DNA of 64,000 nt from the NCBI GenBank assembly GCA_020137815.1, contig CM035354.1, positions 5,890,001 through 5,954,000 on the forward strand. Direction: 5' to 3'. A model generated the notes under the pieces. That model had not been told where the DNA came from. It ran no database searches and saw only the letters and a list, made by a program, of their open reading frames with translations. Shown piece after piece: positions 61,093 to 64,000 of the stretch. Every line of letters begins with the position of its first letter. Positions within the stretch are counted from its first letter, which is position 1. This DNA comes from Hormiphora californensis (lineage: Eukaryota; Animalia; Ctenophora). The translations under genes and the position numbers were made by a program.

Positions 61093-63471
61093 TCAAACAA
61101 CAGCAGACCTTATCACCGAACTCCTGCGGTTCACTATTATTCCATTATTTCCGGGATAAATTTCCTCCATATCTTCCACGCCCACTCCGCAATACTCCGG
61201 TATATAGGTGCTGTAGAAGATGGGGTTAAGAAGGCTGTTGCTAGGCAAGCACCACTAAACTAAACACCTCGTAGATGAACACTAGGCGGGGCTGCTGGGT
61301 TAATCCAGCTGTAGTAGAGAACGGTGAAGATGTAGGACAAGCCAAGCGACCACCTGACTTCCGATTAGAAGAGACAGCTTCAATGCGAGCTTATCAACGT
61401 AATCGCTGTTATTCAGGCCGCTGTTGGCCGAGGTTAGAAAGCTAGCCACCAGGATGGAAGCATATGAGATGGTGAGGATAGATAGCAACACGCCAACTAC
61501 GACACAGTATGCGATCTTGTAGTAGAGGTAGCTGGCCTGGTTCTTGAAGATGTTGGCAAGGCAAAGAGGGCTGTTTCCATAGTAACCAATGCTTAGGTAG
61601 TCAAAGATTTCCGGCTTCGATGTTAAGTCCCGAAGGTCCGCTAATACCGTCTCAATGCTCAGCGAAGGTTCTGCAGCTGAAGCCCCATCCTCAGTTGCAT
61701 TATATGCGAGAGAGTGCATCATTCGGAGATGCTTCTCGTCATAACTGGGTATAAAGGGATTCTCCTGGCCAGCTAGTAATAGGATATCCGTCCGGAACAC
61801 CCTCTGGATTACAGACATGGGTAGCGCTGGGAGGATGGCATGGACAAGGTTAAGGACTCCGAGCACTAACGAATATACCCAAATGGCCCTTATGGAGATA
61901 TCCTTCACCAAATCCAAGCAGGTCAGGCACCGGACCAGGCTCATCATCGTTATGAGGAGGAAGGATCCGTGTGAGGAGAAGGAGAAGAGGCATCCCAGAG
62001 CAGAACAGCTGAGGCTAGACCTCCACTTTTCGTCTAGCTGACAATACTCGCCAAAGGAACGTAGACCCATCGCAAAGAGGATCAAAATGACAGAGATAGA
62101 GTCCCATCAAGAGATCATAAAATGCCACCTGTATCCTCAGAACCCTGTCAATTTTTCCAGGTTTACTCTCCGGGGTCGTTTGGATCGTGACGTGTCCTGT
62201 TTTGATGTTTAGTAACACAATAGCGACTCCTCCAGCGAATGCAAGGAAACTCAGCACGTTCGATCGAATGAGAAACTTTCTAGAGCTGAGTCGCCCAGTT
62301 GGACACCCAACACACTCATCCATGCCATTAGCACAGTCCCTTACCCCATCACAGACCCTCTTTTCATCAATCCAAGTGACCTGGTCATGTTCGGTCTCAA
62401 GACCACTACAATAGAACCTCTCTGGGCAGTACAACTCATCGTGACCGTTGGAACAGTCGATGAAACCATCACAAACCTGTCCAGAGTCCCACAGATAGTC
62501 GCCGTTGATGGGATCGCAGGAAAAAAGGGCTGTAAGACTGATGCCCTGTTACGCCCACTTTTCACCCTTTTGCAAAGGCCCGACAACCAGCTTTCAGGAT
62601 CCGTGGTATCAGATGTTTTGTTCTGTGGGAGATACGGCCGGATAACCTTTTCACAGGCCTCCGCCTCTGGATCAGTGCTCAATCCTAAGGCCTTGAGTCT
62701 ATTGCCAGCCCGGAAGATCTCCATCTGATCCATTTTTAGAACGGTACGGACGGTCTCTGATACAGATTTTATTTTGTCGCATTGCACGCTAGAGTAACCA
62801 TCGCAAGACAAGAAGGATAGAGTTCTTTTTAGGTTCTGAGAACAGAGCTCTGTCTCGGGGATACACCCAGTGTAGGATTTATCGGGAAGACACTGAACTG
62901 TCACGGCTCCGCTACACATACACTCGTCTGTGCCTCCCTCGCAGTTGGCTACCCCATCACACACTTGGGAGAAAGGAATGCAGCCGCCCAACTTTCCTGG
63001 ACAGTAGAACATTGGTTTTCCATTACACTGACACTCATCAGTCAAGCAGGCACTTGTTCTGGTGCATTTTACCTGGGCCTCATCGGGATCAGTACCTCCA
63101 ATAACGCACGTTATACCAATCGTAGACTGTTGCTGGAGAAATGTGTATAATTCTTTGAGCATGTCATCAGTAGGTTCTCGGTCTCCAGGCAAAAACTTGT
63201 TTTCCATGAATTGTATGAGATCAAAAACACCTCGACATTCCACATAGTTACCATTAAACGGGGTTACTGCAGTGAAGTTGGTGAACTTCCAAGTTATATT
63301 ACCATCTGGTCCTGAGTAGCTGAGCTGGTTAACGACGCCGTTCAAACAGGCCACCTTCTCGTATTCATATACACTCCCACCGGCTGGGACCATGTTCGGT
63401 GCCCTGATCTTGTACGTAGAGGGTGCTCCAAGGTGAACCAGTGTGGCAAGGAATATGATACAGGAGAACAT
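61093..63471 (-). CDS. LDLa-repeat GPCR (GRL101/RXFP-like 7TM, no LRRs), apparently intronless, nested antisense in a glutaminase-2 intron; about 5 frameshifts
   Basis: Signal peptide MFSCIIFLATLVHLG; LDLa repeats (CIPFSQVCDGVANCEGGTDE, VCDGFIDCSNGHDE, VCDGVRDCANGMDE); AFYDLLMGLYL, WRSSLSCSALG, YYGNSPLC, NSLLNPIFYS. The stop position is uncertain. Confidence 0.8.
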
Positions 63472-63480
63472 GATCACAGT

Positions 63481-63585
63481 CCTGTACCGAATCATGATAT
63501 ACTGGTCCCTGATTGGCTGATAACCAGTCACGTGACCTAAATAACGAGTTCTGATTGGTCGTTTACTCGTTTCGGTCGGTTCCTG
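63481..63585. mobile_element. Short MITE-like repeat just upstream of the LDLa-GPCR start codon
   Basis: accgaa..ttcggt inverted ends with internal ctgattgg (x2) and gtcacgtgac. Resembles a high-copy repeat I recall from Pleurobrachia sequences (unverified). Confidence 0.6.
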
Positions 63586-64000
63586 CTGTACTTTTACCGG
63601 TTCGAGGAGGGTTCCTTATACAATATACATCCTAAGATGGTTTTTGGTATTTCGTGCCAGGCTAGAAATACAGGCGAAAAGGGCGTGGCGCGGAAAGCCA
63701 ACACACATGGGAGCGTGCGTCATTATTTTTTGGTGATTCTGGGGACCTATCTGAGCACTTTGGCGGTGGAAAACAAAACTTGCAAACTACTTAGTTACCA
63801 AAATCACCTCATTTTGGCATAATTTTCCTGGCCTAAAAAGGATAATCATTCGATGCAGACACAATAGGAAGGGGACCTATGAATACATTTTGTAACAATA
63901 GAAGGCCCTGGGTTGGGAGCGTGTCTACCTTCCTTTAATTGTATATCTTGAAGTGGATGATCCCTTTAACAAGCAATGGAATTATTGGAACTATTGTTTT

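Noticed and set aside
63472-63531. N-terminal extension MTGYQPIRDQYIMIRYRTVI of the LDLa-GPCR ORF
   Set aside because: Encoded by the MITE-like repeat; the ATG at 63471 starts a proper signal peptide

Overview
Eukaryotic, intron-rich animal DNA with GT-AG introns, (CT/GA)n microsatellites and many small transposons. It is most likely a ctenophore (Pleurobrachia/Hormiphora-like), judged from a spliced-leader-like 44-mer at 41105-41148, antisense GPCRs nested in introns and the GPCR motif style. Genes reconstructed by hand, exon by exon: an adhesion-GPCR-like gene (-, runs off the left edge); two glutaminase-fold paralogues (5.2-8.2 kb and 58.3-61.0+ kb) that both lack the catalytic and substrate-binding residues; a divergent DLK/LZK-like kinase; PTPDC1; a Boule/DAZ-like RRM gene; CLPTM1L; PRRC1; and three GPCR genes nested antisense in host introns. 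Mobile DNA includes a near-full-length R4/Dong-like RLE retrotransposon in a (GA)n tract, CRE-like fragments, non-autonomous Helitron/Helentron-type elements, MITEs and a 940-bp foldback. The best novelty candidates are (1) a conserved pseudo-glutaminase pair with a shared, rewired active site; (2) a spliced-leader-headed, ORF1-only retroelement with its own microsatellite tail and TSD; and (3) a receptor with tandem HormR-GAIN modules. Caveats: scattered 1-bp indels in conserved genes and a garbled block at about 33.6-35.4 kb suggest imperfect assembly polishing. All homology calls come from my recall of motifs, not from searches.
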